Shown: piece by piece, positions 19,482 to 29,560 of the stretch
How positions within the stretch are numbered: the first letter of the stretch is position 1
Layout of the letters: the number at the start of each line of letters is the position of its first letter
Assembly: GCA_963708075.1 (NCBI GenBank)
Contig: OY970194.1
Location: forward strand, 6,208,001-6,272,000
DNA from: Sedimentisphaerales bacterium
GTDB lineage: Bacteria > Planctomycetota > Phycisphaerae > Sedimentisphaerales > Anaerobacaceae
Direction of reading: 5' to 3'
DNA: 64,000 nt
The notes under the pieces: generated by a model
The model's input: only the letters and a program-made list of their open reading frames with translations
What the model was told of the DNA's origin: nothing
Database searches by the model: none
Program-made: the position numbers and the translations under genes

Positions 19482-21230
19482 TTACTGGCGTTGCTGAATC
19501 ACAAGGGTGCAACGGCCGAACTGGGTGGCGGGCTTGTCGGTGACAGCCGACGTGAAGGGCTCGGCCCACGTGTCCTTCGGCGGAATGGTCAGCTCAAAAC
19601 CACTGTTCGGATCGACGCCGACTCTCAGCTTGTAGGAAATGACGGGGATCAGGGTTCGCAGGTCCGTCCAGTACTTGCCCTCCTTGAACTCGAATTCGCC
19701 AAGCGGTACGTGCCATTGGCAGATCATCATCGTCTGGCCCGCCGACAGCTTGTCCAATGGCAGCTCGATGTTGTATGTGCCGTCGCCCGTCTTGTGGAAG
19801 GGCAGCGAGGCGAAGTCCTGGGCCGGCTGGCCGGGCCCGCCGAGCAGCACCGCCTCCAGCGGAGCCTTGGGATAAGGCAGCCGAACCGGCATGAGCGATG
19901 TGTCTTTCGGTCCCTTCATGAGCGTCAGATATGCCTTGACCTGCACCCTGCCATCCGGCAGGACGTAGCAGAAGTCATCCTGGCTCCCGACGAAATCGGG
20001 CTTGGACCATTGCTGATAGCCGGCGCTGGGCTCGAAGACGTCATCGGCCGGCAGCGGCTCGGGCAGATTCTCCCGGGCCACGTCCTCGACGCGCAGGTCC
20101 CCGTAGATCACGCGGTAGGTTGTCGATCCTTTTGGCCGGTACCAGAAGATCGCCTTGTCCGCCTCGCCGAGTTTGACGCCCTTGCCGCGATAGTACCACT
20201 TGCCCTCGCCTTTGTAGAATCGGGTGAACAGCAGGTACTGCTGCAGCTTCATGCCAAGGGCCATTTCCTCCTCGCTGGACAACTTCATCGCCTCGGTCTT
20301 CTTGGTGATGCTCGGGACCTGCTTCAGGAAGTCGTCCACGGCCACGCCATCGGGGAAATCTCCGTCGTTGAACGTCTCCGCCAACAGGCGCAATCCCTCC
20401 ACAAAGTCCGCCTCGGTCGCACTGTTCAGATCGAGCTCCACCTGTTGGAGCTTGTAGCCTTCGGGGGCGTCCATGCTGAACAGGGAATCGTCGATGGGAA
20501 CGTCGAACTGCATGTTCCGGCAGATGACGTTCAATTGGCCTTCCTTGCTCTCGATGCGGACGGGCAGGCCGGTCTTGGAATCGGCCCAGACTGTGACCTC
20601 CACCTGCGGGTGTTTTGCCAGGAACCCGACCACCTCCCGGCCGTCGATTTCCCGCGTGCCGAGGTCCTCCACCACGAAGTGCGGGCTGTCCTGGAGTCGG
20701 ACAATGGTATTCTTCAGCAATTCCAGGTAATTCGGAATCTCGGGCAAACCCTTGAGGTCGATGTACGCTGCCTCTTTCTTCTCCTCCGTCAGGGTCAGGA
20801 TGCGTTTGCTCTCCAGATCGATGATGCTGACATTTCCGGGGATGTTCGATATCGTCCGCCGAATCCGTGAGCCCACGACCATGTCGCGGATGACCGGTGA
20901 GTTTGGCTCCTCCACGCCGACAATGATATCGAAGACCGCGGAACTGGCATTGAGGATGGGTTGAATGGCTTGTGCGAAAGTCACGCTTGACCCGCCGACG
21001 AATTGCAGTCCGATCAGGACCGCCACAATGATGGCCGCCGCAACGGCCAATTTGCTCCATCTACTGTTCATGAGTATTCTCCCCAAGCTCTTGCGAGCTT
21101 GTTGTCCTTCAGTTTCCAGGATGGTCCGCCGGACGCGATCCATCGCCCGGCTTGTGGCCTCGGGCGACGGCTGCACGCCGGCGAGCAGTTCCAACCGGCG
21201 GTGGAGTTCCGCATCATTGATCTTCGACAT
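19482..21230 (-). CDS. Single-pass anti-sigma-like protein with a LolA-like periplasmic domain (pair 1)
   Basis: AAGGAGG RBS before MSKIND; overlaps the sigma stop; KLAVAAAII TM; VWADSKTGLPVRIE...FDVPIDDSLFSMDAPEGY. Confidence 0.8.
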   Translation of the reverse strand: MSKINDAELHRRLELLAGVQPSPEATSRAMDRVRRTILETEGQQARKSLGRILMNSRWSKLAVAAAIIVAVLIGLQFVGGSSVTFAQAIQPILNASSAVFDIIVGVEEPNSPVIRDMVVGSRIRRTISNIPGNVSIIDLESKRILTLTEEKKEAAYIDLKGLPEIPNYLELLKNTIVRLQDSPHFVVEDLGTREIDGREVVGFLAKHPQVEVTVWADSKTGLPVRIESKEGQLNVICRNMQFDVPIDDSLFSMDAPEGYKLQQVELDLNSATEADFVEGLRLLAETFNDGDFPDGVAVDDFLKQVPSITKKTEAMKLSSEEEMALGMKLQQYLLFTRFYKGEGKWYYRGKGVKLGEADKAIFWYRPKGSTTYRVIYGDLRVEDVARENLPEPLPADDVFEPSAGYQQWSKPDFVGSQDDFCYVLPDGRVQVKAYLTLMKGPKDTSLMPVRLPYPKAPLEAVLLGGPGQPAQDFASLPFHKTGDGTYNIELPLDKLSAGQTMMICQWHVPLGEFEFKEGKYWTDLRTLIPVISYKLRVGVDPNSGFELTIPPKDTWAEPFTSAVTDKPATQFGRCTLVIQQRQ

Positions 21231-21759
21231 GCTGAACCTCCTTTCCACCGGCCGGCGAATGATCGCATCCGAGCACGTCACGCAATGCACTCATCGCCTT
21301 GAAACACAGGGCACGAGCCTGGTGAACCGTCTTGCCGAGCTGCCCGGCGATCTCTTCGTACGAGTCCTGCTGGATATACAGCATAATGAGAACCTCGCGC
21401 GAGGCGCCGTTGAGCTGATCGATCGCAGCGAGGACCTGCTCGAGCTCCTCGGACTCCATGAGCCTGCTCAACGGTGCCGCTTCGTTTGAGGCACGTTCCG
21501 CCGCCGCATCGAGCGAGCAAGCCCGGCGGGTCGCCTGCCGGCGACGCCAGTCGAAGGCCAGATTGATGGCCGTCCGGCGGGCATAGGCATACCAGCATTC
21601 GATTCCGCCCTGGTCCCTGGCGCCATGGAGCTTGATGAACAAGTCCTGCATGAGCTCCTCGGCCACGTCCTCGCGCAAGGTGAGCCTGGCCAGCAGGGCG
21701 TGAAGTCTCGCCCCGGATGTTTCCAGCAGCTCGAGCAGTTCTGTTTGTCGTTGACTCAA
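21214..21759 (-). CDS. ECF RNA polymerase sigma factor (pair 1)
   Basis: AEELMQDLF, RRTAINLAFD, SYEEIAGQLG; AGGAG RBS before a TTG start. Confidence 0.88.
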   Translation of the reverse strand: MSQRQTELLELLETSGARLHALLARLTLREDVAEELMQDLFIKLHGARDQGGIECWYAYARRTAINLAFDWRRRQATRRACSLDAAAERASNEAAPLSRLMESEELEQVLAAIDQLNGASREVLIMLYIQQDSYEEIAGQLGKTVHQARALCFKAMSALRDVLGCDHSPAGGKEVQHVEDQ

Positions 21760-21904
21760 TCCAGGCTCCTGTTTCGACTCGTGCCTCAGCACTTCACCAT
21801 TATAGACGAGCGAGCCCCTCCCGCGCAACCGGTCCATGGGGTAGAATGATATTTTCGCCCCTACCAAGGTAGGCGTAAGCCGTTTGGCTTGAAAGGTTAA
21901 TGAT

Positions 21905-21997
21905 GGGTGGCAGCGGCAAGCGCAGCTTGCCGATGGCTCGCGGGGTGTCCCTAACACCATCGGCAAGCTCCGAAGACTCCGCTTGCCGCTGCCACCC
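21905..21997. repeat. Nested-hairpin family A, copy 4
   Basis: Lies between two divergent sigma genes. Confidence 0.9.
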
Positions 21998-22098
21998 GTC
22001 GCTCTGGGCGACAGGGCAATATTTCCGACAGGTGCAAGAGGCGTTCTCGTTCGTCTCAAGAGTGGATACGGTATCCGGGATTTGGCGACAGGACGGCA

Positions 22099-22639
22099 AT
22101 GCTGGACGATCCGATACTCCTGTGGAGATCGAAGCGGGGCGACCGCAAGGCGTTCGACCTGCTTTATGAGAGGCACCTCGACACGCTGTTGACGGTGGCG
22201 ATGAGTCTGCTGGGCAACGCCAGTGATGCGGAGGACGCCGTGCAGGCGGTGTTTGCGTGGTTCATCGAATCGCTCGACACGATCACGCTTCGCAGCAATC
22301 TCCGCAACTTCCTGGCCGTCTGCGTGGCCAACAAGAGCCGGGATATGCTCCGCAGGCGAAACAGGCCCCTCGCGAACCCCCGCGGTCCGGTCACACCTGC
22401 TGATGCTCCGGAGACGCTTGATCTGGTGGTCCACAGCGAACAAATCCATCGTCTTGTGGATGCGTTGGCCAAGCTGCCTTACGAGCAGCGGGAAGTGATC
22501 ACGCTGCACATCCACGCGGGACTGACGTTCCGGGCTATGGCGCGCGCCCTGAAGGTCTCCGCTGGGGACGGTGCAGAGCCGATATCGTTACGGCCTCAAC
22601 AATCTGAAAACGGCACTCAATGGAGAGGGCCAGACATGA
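22099..22639 (+). CDS. ECF RNA polymerase sigma factor (pair 2), frameshift near 22560
   Basis: GDRKAFDLLY, DAEDAVQ, LPYEQREVI; the region-4 end LGTVQSRYRYGL...EGQT* lies in the +1 frame and overlaps the next ATG (ATGA). Confidence 0.85.
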
Positions 22640-23865
22640 AACGAGATAAGAAGATAGAGAGTCTTGCCGCCGAGGTGCGATACAGGAGCAGCGACTGCGT
22701 CCGGACAAGGATACGTTCGCGCCTGGATGGAGTGTGGCAGCGTCACCTCTGCGAACGAGGCGGCGGGCTCGTGCGAGTTGTCTTCGGAGGACGCACAATA
22801 GCCAATCTGTCGAAAGTAACAGTCATCACTCTGTTGCTGATTGCTGCCGGCGTATGGATCATCCAGATCAACAGGTCCACAGGCCCTGCCTACGCTTTGG
22901 AGCAGACGGCCGATGCCGTCAGGGAGATCCGATACTTTCATTTCCAGTTTATCCTGCGTCCAAAGAAGCCGGCGCGGGAGGCCTGGGTTGAGTATGATGC
23001 GAACGACTCCATACGCAATGTCCGGGTCAACTTCTATGACCAGAACTCCGTCATGGTCTGGGGCGAGGACGTGACGCAGTACTGGGACCAGGACAAACGC
23101 GAGATACGGGTATTCAAGGACGATGAATATACTGAGAAAATCCTGTATTTCGTCCAGCGGCACGACCCGCGGCAGGCCATTGCGTATCTTCAGCAGCGGG
23201 CAGAGCAGAGCGGTATCCAGATCGATATCGACCAGCCACAGGCGAGCACAGACCCTGTCACGGTCACCGTCACCTACGATCCCAATACATATCTGATCGG
23301 CAAAGCGCAGCCTCACATGCGCGAGTTCTACCACATCGATCCTCTGACGAAACTGATCACCAGCGTGGATGTGGAGACATTTTCCGACGGCCGCTACATG
23401 AGCAAAGGGGCGTGGGAGTACATCGACTATAATTGGCCCTTCGATCCCAACACCTTCAATCTCAAGGCCGAGGCGGGCGCGGACGTGAACGTGTCCGACA
23501 CGACGGGCATTGCCATGGGCGTCGAGCAAGACCAACTCTCCGACGAGGAGGTCGCGATCAAGCTCGTGCGCGAGTTCCTCGATGCGTGGGCGGCAAAAGA
23601 CTACGACAAGGCCGCACAGATCCACGGTTACATGGCGATGGGTCAGGTAGAGAAGCTTGCGGAGATACTGAGCAGGAAGAGCATCCTGCAAGTGGTCTCT
23701 ATCGGGCCGCCGGTTCGTGCGGAACAACCTCTGCGTGGCCTGTTCGTGCCGTGCGAGGTGGAGTACGAAGAGAATGGACAGAAGGCCGCCATGCACCTCA
23801 GGACACACGTGAGCCGGTACTCCAAAGGCCGCTGGCTTATTCGCAATATTGGCATGGGGCCGTGA
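22636..23865 (+). CDS. Single-pass anti-sigma-like protein (pair 2), paralogous to 54967..56331
   Basis: MKRDKK start, TM, AYALEQT..A...RY.H motif, C-terminal VREFLDAWAAKDYDKA...VSIGPP...VPCEVE. Confidence 0.8.
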   Translation: MKRDKKIESLAAEVRYRSSDCVRTRIRSRLDGVWQRHLCERGGGLVRVVFGGRTIANLSKVTVITLLLIAAGVWIIQINRSTGPAYALEQTADAVREIRYFHFQFILRPKKPAREAWVEYDANDSIRNVRVNFYDQNSVMVWGEDVTQYWDQDKREIRVFKDDEYTEKILYFVQRHDPRQAIAYLQQRAEQSGIQIDIDQPQASTDPVTVTVTYDPNTYLIGKAQPHMREFYHIDPLTKLITSVDVETFSDGRYMSKGAWEYIDYNWPFDPNTFNLKAEAGADVNVSDTTGIAMGVEQDQLSDEEVAIKLVREFLDAWAAKDYDKAAQIHGYMAMGQVEKLAEILSRKSILQVVSIGPPVRAEQPLRGLFVPCEVEYEENGQKAAMHLRTHVSRYSKGRWLIRNIGMGP

Positions 23866-23877
23866 GGGAACGGAATG

Positions 23878-24339
23878 CTATAACCACCGACGGACGCGGG
23901 ACTTGTAGCGCAGGTATGGCTCGCCGAATCTCGCTTCCAGATGTCGTTCCTCTCTTCGCACTACGCTCCGGTCCATGATGAGCAGGACCGGGACCACCAA
24001 TAGCAGGACCCAGGCATTGTTGAGGAGAAATCCCGCGCCGAGGTACCAGAGTGTCAGAGCGATGTACGCCGGATTGCGCGAGAAGCGGTAGGGGCCGTCC
24101 GTAATCAGTGCCGAGGCCGGCCTATGAGGGTTGAATGGCGTGTCGGCCCGTCGAAACCGCAGGAGGACCGGTGGCATGATCGCTACACCCACCGCAATCA
24201 AGGCCGCGCCGACAACGCCGCCCCATGGCCCCGGCAAAAGCCGGATCGGCCACCAGTGATTCAGTCCAACCCCAACCAACAGCGCCGCCACGTATATCAC
24301 CGGCGGATGAATACGTATACCCGGTCCTTCACGCTTCAT
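23878..24339 (-). CDS. Isoprenylcysteine carboxyl methyltransferase/PEMT family membrane protein
   Basis: LITDGPYRFSRNPAY, REERHLEARFGEPYLRYKSRVRRWL. Confidence 0.92.
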   Translation of the reverse strand: MKREGPGIRIHPPVIYVAALLVGVGLNHWWPIRLLPGPWGGVVGAALIAVGVAIMPPVLLRFRRADTPFNPHRPASALITDGPYRFSRNPAYIALTLWYLGAGFLLNNAWVLLLVVPVLLIMDRSVVRREERHLEARFGEPYLRYKSRVRRWL

Positions 24340-24445
24340 GTGTCGCTCTCATGAGCTAATCCTGCCACCTTCTCCTTACTGATCGTACACAGGGTCGATT
24401 GTAGCGACGTTCCAACTGGAGTGCTATTGAGAAGGCGCATAGAAG

Positions 24446-24471
24446 AGCCGGGCGCGAGGGGGGGCCCGGCT
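24446..24471 (-). terminator. Putative intrinsic terminator
   Basis: AGCCGGGC/GCCCGGCT stem downstream of the 24501 stop. Confidence 0.5.
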
Positions 24472-24500
24472 TTGCGTTGTTGCTTGACAGGAATCGTGGT

Positions 24501-25824
24501 CTACTTCGGCAGGTCCTCCGACCTGGCATCCGCGACGTGCAGGTCCGCGTAGATGACCCGCCAGGTGGCCGAGCCTTGGGGCTGGTACCAGAAGATCGGC
24601 GTGGCTGGATCGCCGAAGGGGACGTTCTGGCCCGCGTAGCGCCAGGTGCCTGCCGGCAGGACGGTGATGAAAGCCAGCCCGCGGTACATCACCTGCTGGG
24701 AACCGAAGTCCCAGCCGGGCTTGAACTTGCCTCCCTGAGCCATCTGCACGACTACCTTGGCGATCTCCGGTCCAGCCACCATTGGCGGAAATGTCCCATC
24801 CACCGTCCACTGTGACCAGGCGCAGGAACTCGGTGAAGTCCCGCTCGCCGATATCGGCGGCGTCTGCCCGGATCTCGATAGGGACATACCCCGCCGGCGG
24901 TTCGAGGCTGAAGAACGAATCCTCCAAATCGACGTCAAGCTGAAAGTCGCTCATGATCACATTCATCCCCGGCGCGCTGGGAACCTCCAGCTCCACTCGT
25001 ACCGGCCGGCCGCTCCCCGGGTCGATCCATACCGTCGTCACGGTATCCGCCTCACGGACGCGGAAGCCGTCGAGCATCCGCCCGTCCACCTCTCTGCTCC
25101 CCAGTTCCTCATCGGCTTGCGCCGGCAGGGCCCGAAGCGTCTCGATCATCGCCCACGGGTCCTTGGCGGGGTCGTCCGGCACATTCTCCATGTCGAACTT
25201 TGCGTAGTTCTTCGCTACCGGAACAATGCCGATCCCTTTGACCTTGTTGCCGATGGCCTGTGCCACGGTGATGTAGCCGTCGGCAGTGGCCGTTCGGATG
25301 AAGCGCGTGCCCCCCATCTCCTTGAAGGCGACGTCCATGCGTACCGTGGGCATGTTCTCCATGCCTGTCTTTGTGACCATGCTGTAGGTCAGAGTCTGCG
25401 CCTTGTGCAACTGGCTGACCGCGCGGGCGTAGACCTTGCCGGCGCTGTCGCCTGGGAAGAGGTTGAGGCCTACAGTCGCGGCTAGAACCACCCCGGCCGC
25501 GACAGCTAATTTCGTCATTTGACTGCTCATGATCGTTCTCCAAAATATCGCCGCAGAGGATTCGAGCCCGCGGCGCGATTGATCTTCACCTTGCGATTTC
25601 GCAGCCAGCAGAACCTTGCGGTTCGCCGACTCCACGGTGTGCTTCTCATCCGGGACGGCGCTCATGCGATCGGCACAGTCGAGCAGCGACTGGAGCCGCT
25701 TGACGGCTTGCCTGCATGACTCGCACTCCCGGATGTGTGCTTCTATCTCACCAGCCTTCTCGGAAGGCAACTCAGCGAGCACGAACTGAACAAGCTGTTC
25801 ATTGGTCACATTGTGAGGACTCAT
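24501..25824 (-). CDS. zf-HC2 anti-sigma factor with a LolA-like domain (pair 3), frameshift near 24820
   Basis: HIRECESC, KLAVAAGVV TM, VWIDPGSGRPVRVE; C-terminus WRYAGQNV...WRVIYADL in ORF 24501..24938. Confidence 0.82.
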
Positions 25825-25836
25825 CGCTTACCTTCT

Positions 25837-26331
25837 TCATTGGTCCAGGTACTCGTGCAACTCGCGGGCCAGCCTGGCCAGTGCCCGGTGCAGATGAACG
25901 CGAACGGTGGACTCGGTACAGCCCATGATCCTGGCGACTTCGGACGTCTCCAGCCGTTCCAGCCGCAACAGGATAAATGCATCTGCCTCCCGTCGGGGCA
26001 GCCGGTCGAGGGCGGCAGCCAATCGCTGCTGCAACTCGTCAGCCACCAACGCATCCTCAGGCCCGTTCGTAGTGACGCCGTCAGGCGTTTGTTCCGGACC
26101 ACGGACGATCCGCCGACGAGCCAACTCAAGGGCCTTGCGAACAGTGGCCCGGTACAGGTACGCCGGCCAGTTCACCTGTCCGTTGTACTTGTGCCAGCGA
26201 CGCCAGATGGACAGGAAGACCTCCTGATGCACATCGTGTGCCAGATTCGCGTCGCGCAGGACGCGAGTCGCTGTGCGGAGGACCGATCCGCCGTGCTCGT
26301 TCACCAGGTTTTCAAAGCTCTGATCCGACAC
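25837..26331 (-). CDS. ECF RNA polymerase sigma factor (pair 3), close paralog of 56900..57397
   Basis: DVHQEVFLSIWRRW, LPRREADAF, STVRVHLHRA; GTG start inferred by alignment with the paralog. Confidence 0.9.
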   Translation of the reverse strand: MSDQSFENLVNEHGGSVLRTATRVLRDANLAHDVHQEVFLSIWRRWHKYNGQVNWPAYLYRATVRKALELARRRIVRGPEQTPDGVTTNGPEDALVADELQQRLAAALDRLPRREADAFILLRLERLETSEVARIMGCTESTVRVHLHRALARLARELHEYLDQ

Positions 26332-26440
26332 TGTCATACTTTCCGGCAACAAAAACGTTTCCAGGCCAAGGCCCGGCTGCATGCAGCTTGAGATCTCTGC
26401 CCTTATAGAGGGCCTCGCCCACCCCCGCGTTTACAGGAAA
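26331..26440 (-). promoter_or_regulatory. Conserved promoter/leader shared with 56796-56902
   Basis: GTAAAC-N17-CCTCTATA...CAGAGATCTC...TGCAGCCGGGCCTTG...GGAAAG. Confidence 0.65.
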
Positions 26441-26502
26441 TCCCGGCCCGCGAAATTGGCTTTGTTTCGCAGGATCGGCCAAAGGATTGCCGGTCGTCTG
26501 GA

Positions 26503-27498
26503 TCATTCGGGCTTCAGATCTGTCGGTTTCTCAGCCAACGTGTCCTGCAGCTTCTTGAGGATCTCGGGCGAGGGAACGTTGCGGTCCTGCATCACCAGGT
26601 CGGCAAAATTGTCGGCGAGGATTTCTTCGGGATGAATGATATATTGCGTGTTTCTACCCACCTGCTCGAAGAAGCCGGTCACTCCCTGGACATCGACAAG
26701 TCGGGGCTGCTGCCCCACGTACAGAGGCTTTGTGTTGGGCGAATCGCTCCGGTGGTCCACCAGCAGTAGCTGGAACTGCATATAGCGGAAGAACTCGCCG
26801 CCGCGGCTGACGTCATATTTCTCCGCTCGTGAGAAGAGGATGGGGACGGCCCAGACATCTGCTTCGGCCTCCCGCACGCGGATGCAATGATCGTTCGCGG
26901 GGGCGTCGGGATTGGTCAGCTTGCGGCTCCGGAGCGTCTCGGGGAACTCGATTTCGGCGCACCTCGCGAAGCCGATCGCCTGGTACAGCCGGTCCCGCAA
27001 ACCGGGATTGCTTCGGGAGAGAATGTGAAAAAGCTCGTGGGAAATGAGCTTGGGATCCAATGCCCGGCTCTGCGTCAGTTCACGTTTCGGCAAGATCAGG
27101 GCATGGCCGCGCGTGTACGGCACGTTGCCTTCTTCCTTGCCTGTGGTCTTGACCACATAGATCACCTTGGGCCATGGCAGGGCCAGCCGGTCCAGGGGCG
27201 CTTTGAGCCGGTCGAGGGCCGGGGCGAGGGATGCTTTGTCCGCGTCGGTCCAGTCGAGCACATTCTGCCCGACGAACTCCAGGAACGCTTCTTCGGAAAC
27301 GTCAGCATCGGTCTTCATACGGGCGGCACGATCGAAGGGGCTGAGCGCCCGGATGAAGTCGTCGCGGGTGGTCAGGATCTTCCTGCCCTCGTCCGCTGTT
27401 GCGAAGGTGACGATGGTGCCACCGCTGAGCCTGGTCTGAGCCTGGCAGGCTCCAACCGCCGTCAAGGCAAGCCCGCACATCATGAGTGACCTGTTCAT
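26503..27498 (-). CDS. Exported protein with an HExxH zincin-like motif
   Basis: Signal peptide; LISHELFHILSR; distal HPEEILADNF. Confidence 0.75.
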   Translation of the reverse strand: MNRSLMMCGLALTAVGACQAQTRLSGGTIVTFATADEGRKILTTRDDFIRALSPFDRAARMKTDADVSEEAFLEFVGQNVLDWTDADKASLAPALDRLKAPLDRLALPWPKVIYVVKTTGKEEGNVPYTRGHALILPKRELTQSRALDPKLISHELFHILSRSNPGLRDRLYQAIGFARCAEIEFPETLRSRKLTNPDAPANDHCIRVREAEADVWAVPILFSRAEKYDVSRGGEFFRYMQFQLLLVDHRSDSPNTKPLYVGQQPRLVDVQGVTGFFEQVGRNTQYIIHPEEILADNFADLVMQDRNVPSPEILKKLQDTLAEKPTDLKPE

Positions 27499-27677
27499 AT
27501 GTTTACCCCGACAGAATTCCCTCTGCCGGCGAAGGCATGACCGTACCGTTCCCTTCGCGGCTCAGCACGTTACAGACATAACCCCTATCAAAGAAAGACC
27601 TTCGCGTCAAGGCTATTGGGAGACAGCCTACCTGATGGGTGCACGACAGGATTGTGGCAGAGCAAACATGAGGCTGT

Positions 27678-27766
27678 GGGTGGCAGCGTCAAGCGCAGCT
27701 TGGCGATGGCGTTCCTGGAATGCGGCGCAACCATCGCCCAGGCCATCGGCCTTGACGCTGCCACCC
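27678..27766. repeat. Nested-hairpin family A, copy 5 (covariant subtype)
   Basis: GCAGCGTCAAG...CTTGACGCTGC. Confidence 0.85.
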
Positions 27767-27912
27767 GGCTCTCAGGCTATTTTCGCAGACACTATCGGAC
27801 CTGAACGGTAACAAGCAGGATATCAGCGGAAGTTGCACTCGATACGTAACGAGGGTGCCTCTCTCCGCTGGTGATGAGAAAAACTTGAAATAATCGAAGT
27901 GCACGCCCGACT

Positions 27913-27933
27913 AATAGTACGAATCGTACTATT
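27913..27933. promoter_or_regulatory. Perfect inverted repeat, probable PadR operator
   Basis: AATAGTACGA-A-TCGTACTATT, 12 bp upstream of the PadR start. Confidence 0.7.
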
Positions 27934-27945
27934 GGAGATCGCGAA

Positions 27946-28497
27946 ATGAAGCAGGAAACCGGGTTATCGACGTTGTCGCTGGCGATTCTGGGGCTGGTTT
28001 CCCAGAGGCCGCTGACGGGGTATGACATCCGCAAGGTGTTCGCGACCACGCCGATGGGCCACTTCAGCAGCAGCCCCGGGGCCATCTATCCGGCGTTGAA
28101 GCGGATCGAGGATGCCGGCTGGGTTCACGGCAGGGCGGGGCAGGGCAAAACCCATCGACAGCGAATGCTCTATGAGGTCACCCCGCGCGGGCTCGAAGCC
28201 CTCAGGCAACATCTCTCGCAGTCGGTCACAAGGGACGATGTCATCTGGCACATGGACGACCTGATGATGCGGTTCGCGTTCATGGACGGCGTCATTGGCC
28301 CCGAGAGGACCGTGCGGTTCCTGCAGGACTTCGCATCCCAGATCGACGCCTATGTTGCGGTCCTGCGGGCTTATCTCAGCAGCGTCAAAGACATCATGCC
28401 GCCGTGCGGCAGGCTGGCCATGGAAAACGGCATCCAAGGCTACGAGATGAACGCCCAATGGGCCAGACGGGCGATTGAGGAACTGAAACGCAATTGA
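27946..28497 (+). CDS. PadR-family transcriptional regulator
   Basis: AILGLVSQRPLTGYDI, SPGAIYPALKRIE, YEVTPRG. Confidence 0.92.
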   Translation: MKQETGLSTLSLAILGLVSQRPLTGYDIRKVFATTPMGHFSSSPGAIYPALKRIEDAGWVHGRAGQGKTHRQRMLYEVTPRGLEALRQHLSQSVTRDDVIWHMDDLMMRFAFMDGVIGPERTVRFLQDFASQIDAYVAVLRAYLSSVKDIMPPCGRLAMENGIQGYEMNAQWARRAIEELKRN

Positions 28498-28511
28498 AGG
28501 CAGTGGATTTT

Positions 28512-28586
28512 GTAGGATGGGCTTCAGCCCATGCTGTGTTTGTCCCTCATAACAGAATTGTCCGCATGGGCTAACGCCCATCCTAC
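28512..28586. repeat. GTAG REP doublet
   Basis: GTAGGATGGGCTTCAGCCCATGC ... GCATGGGCTAACGCCCATCCTAC. Confidence 0.8.
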
Positions 28587-28610
28587 GAGTCACAGAGCGA
28601 AGGAGTAACC

Positions 28611-29537
28611 ATGAGTACAGTGCGAGTGTTCAGAAAAACGATTGGATATTCGTGGCGAGTCCCGTCGTGTGCGGCGGCATACGTGGCCGGGGCGGTGGCC
28701 GGCGGAGTGGCGGCTTCCGCACTCGGTCTGCCGCTGCCACAACTGCCCGAGCAGGCAGATGAAGGGACAACGGGCCTGCTCCTGCTCATCGCCAGCCTTG
28801 CCCTGGCGGCGGGGTTGGCGCCTCTGGCCCGGCGGCTCCAAGGGCCATACTGGCTGCGGTGGTTGATACTTGCAGACCTGTGCTACATCTGCATCGGCGT
28901 GACCTCGCCGCTCGAGGGCGCCATCTTCACCACCATGGACATGGCCTCTGTTCCGATCCTTTCCCTCCTCCCGTGCCTTCTCTTTGGTGCCGTCATGGCG
29001 CTGCTGTTCAAGCCTGCGGGTGGGGACGACTCGCTTGCCGTACGCGTGAGACAATTCTTCTGCGGGCGCAGCGCAGGGCAATGGATGTGGCGGCTCGCGG
29101 CGGCGGTCTGTGCCTTTCCGATCGTCTATTGGACGTTCGGGCTGATGGTCGCCCCGTTCGTCATGGAATACTACAAGCAGGGCCAGTTCGCCCTGGCCGT
29201 GCCCAATCCGGCCGTGATCCTCGCGACTCAATTCGCCAGGAGTGCGCTCTTTCTGCTGGCGGCAATGCCGATCCTCGTCATGTGGTCGGGATCGAGACGC
29301 CAGCTCATTTTGGCGCTGGGCCTCGCGTTCTATGTGCTGGTGGGCCTGTTCGGCATGATCCAGTCTTACTGGCTCGCCCCCACGCTTCAGGCCCTGCACA
29401 ATACCGAGATGCTCATCGATTCGATGGTGTATGCCTGGGCTCTCACCGCTTTGCTTGTCCGCAAAGAGGAAACGAAAGACGACGAGTTGTTCGCGCGATA
29501 CCTGCTGTGCATGGCGCAGACGCCCGTCACGAACTGA
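28611..29537 (+). CDS. Multi-pass membrane protein of unknown function
   Basis: About 8 TM segments; AAGGAG RBS. Confidence 0.8.
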   Translation: MSTVRVFRKTIGYSWRVPSCAAAYVAGAVAGGVAASALGLPLPQLPEQADEGTTGLLLLIASLALAAGLAPLARRLQGPYWLRWLILADLCYICIGVTSPLEGAIFTTMDMASVPILSLLPCLLFGAVMALLFKPAGGDDSLAVRVRQFFCGRSAGQWMWRLAAAVCAFPIVYWTFGLMVAPFVMEYYKQGQFALAVPNPAVILATQFARSALFLLAAMPILVMWSGSRRQLILALGLAFYVLVGLFGMIQSYWLAPTLQALHNTEMLIDSMVYAWALTALLVRKEETKDDELFARYLLCMAQTPVTN

Positions 29538-29560
29538 AGAACCACTTTTGATTTGGAGGT

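Noticed and set aside
21760..22515. N-terminal extension of the 433-aa sigma ORF
   Set aside because: It runs through a repeat and antisense to the next sigma; a good RBS and TTG start exist at 21759.
22099..23865. Apparent 588-aa sigma/anti-sigma fusion protein
   Set aside because: The canonical region-4 end (LGTVQSRYRYGL) is in the +1 frame and stops at an ATGA overlap with the anti-sigma start; one extra base near 22560 explains the fusion.
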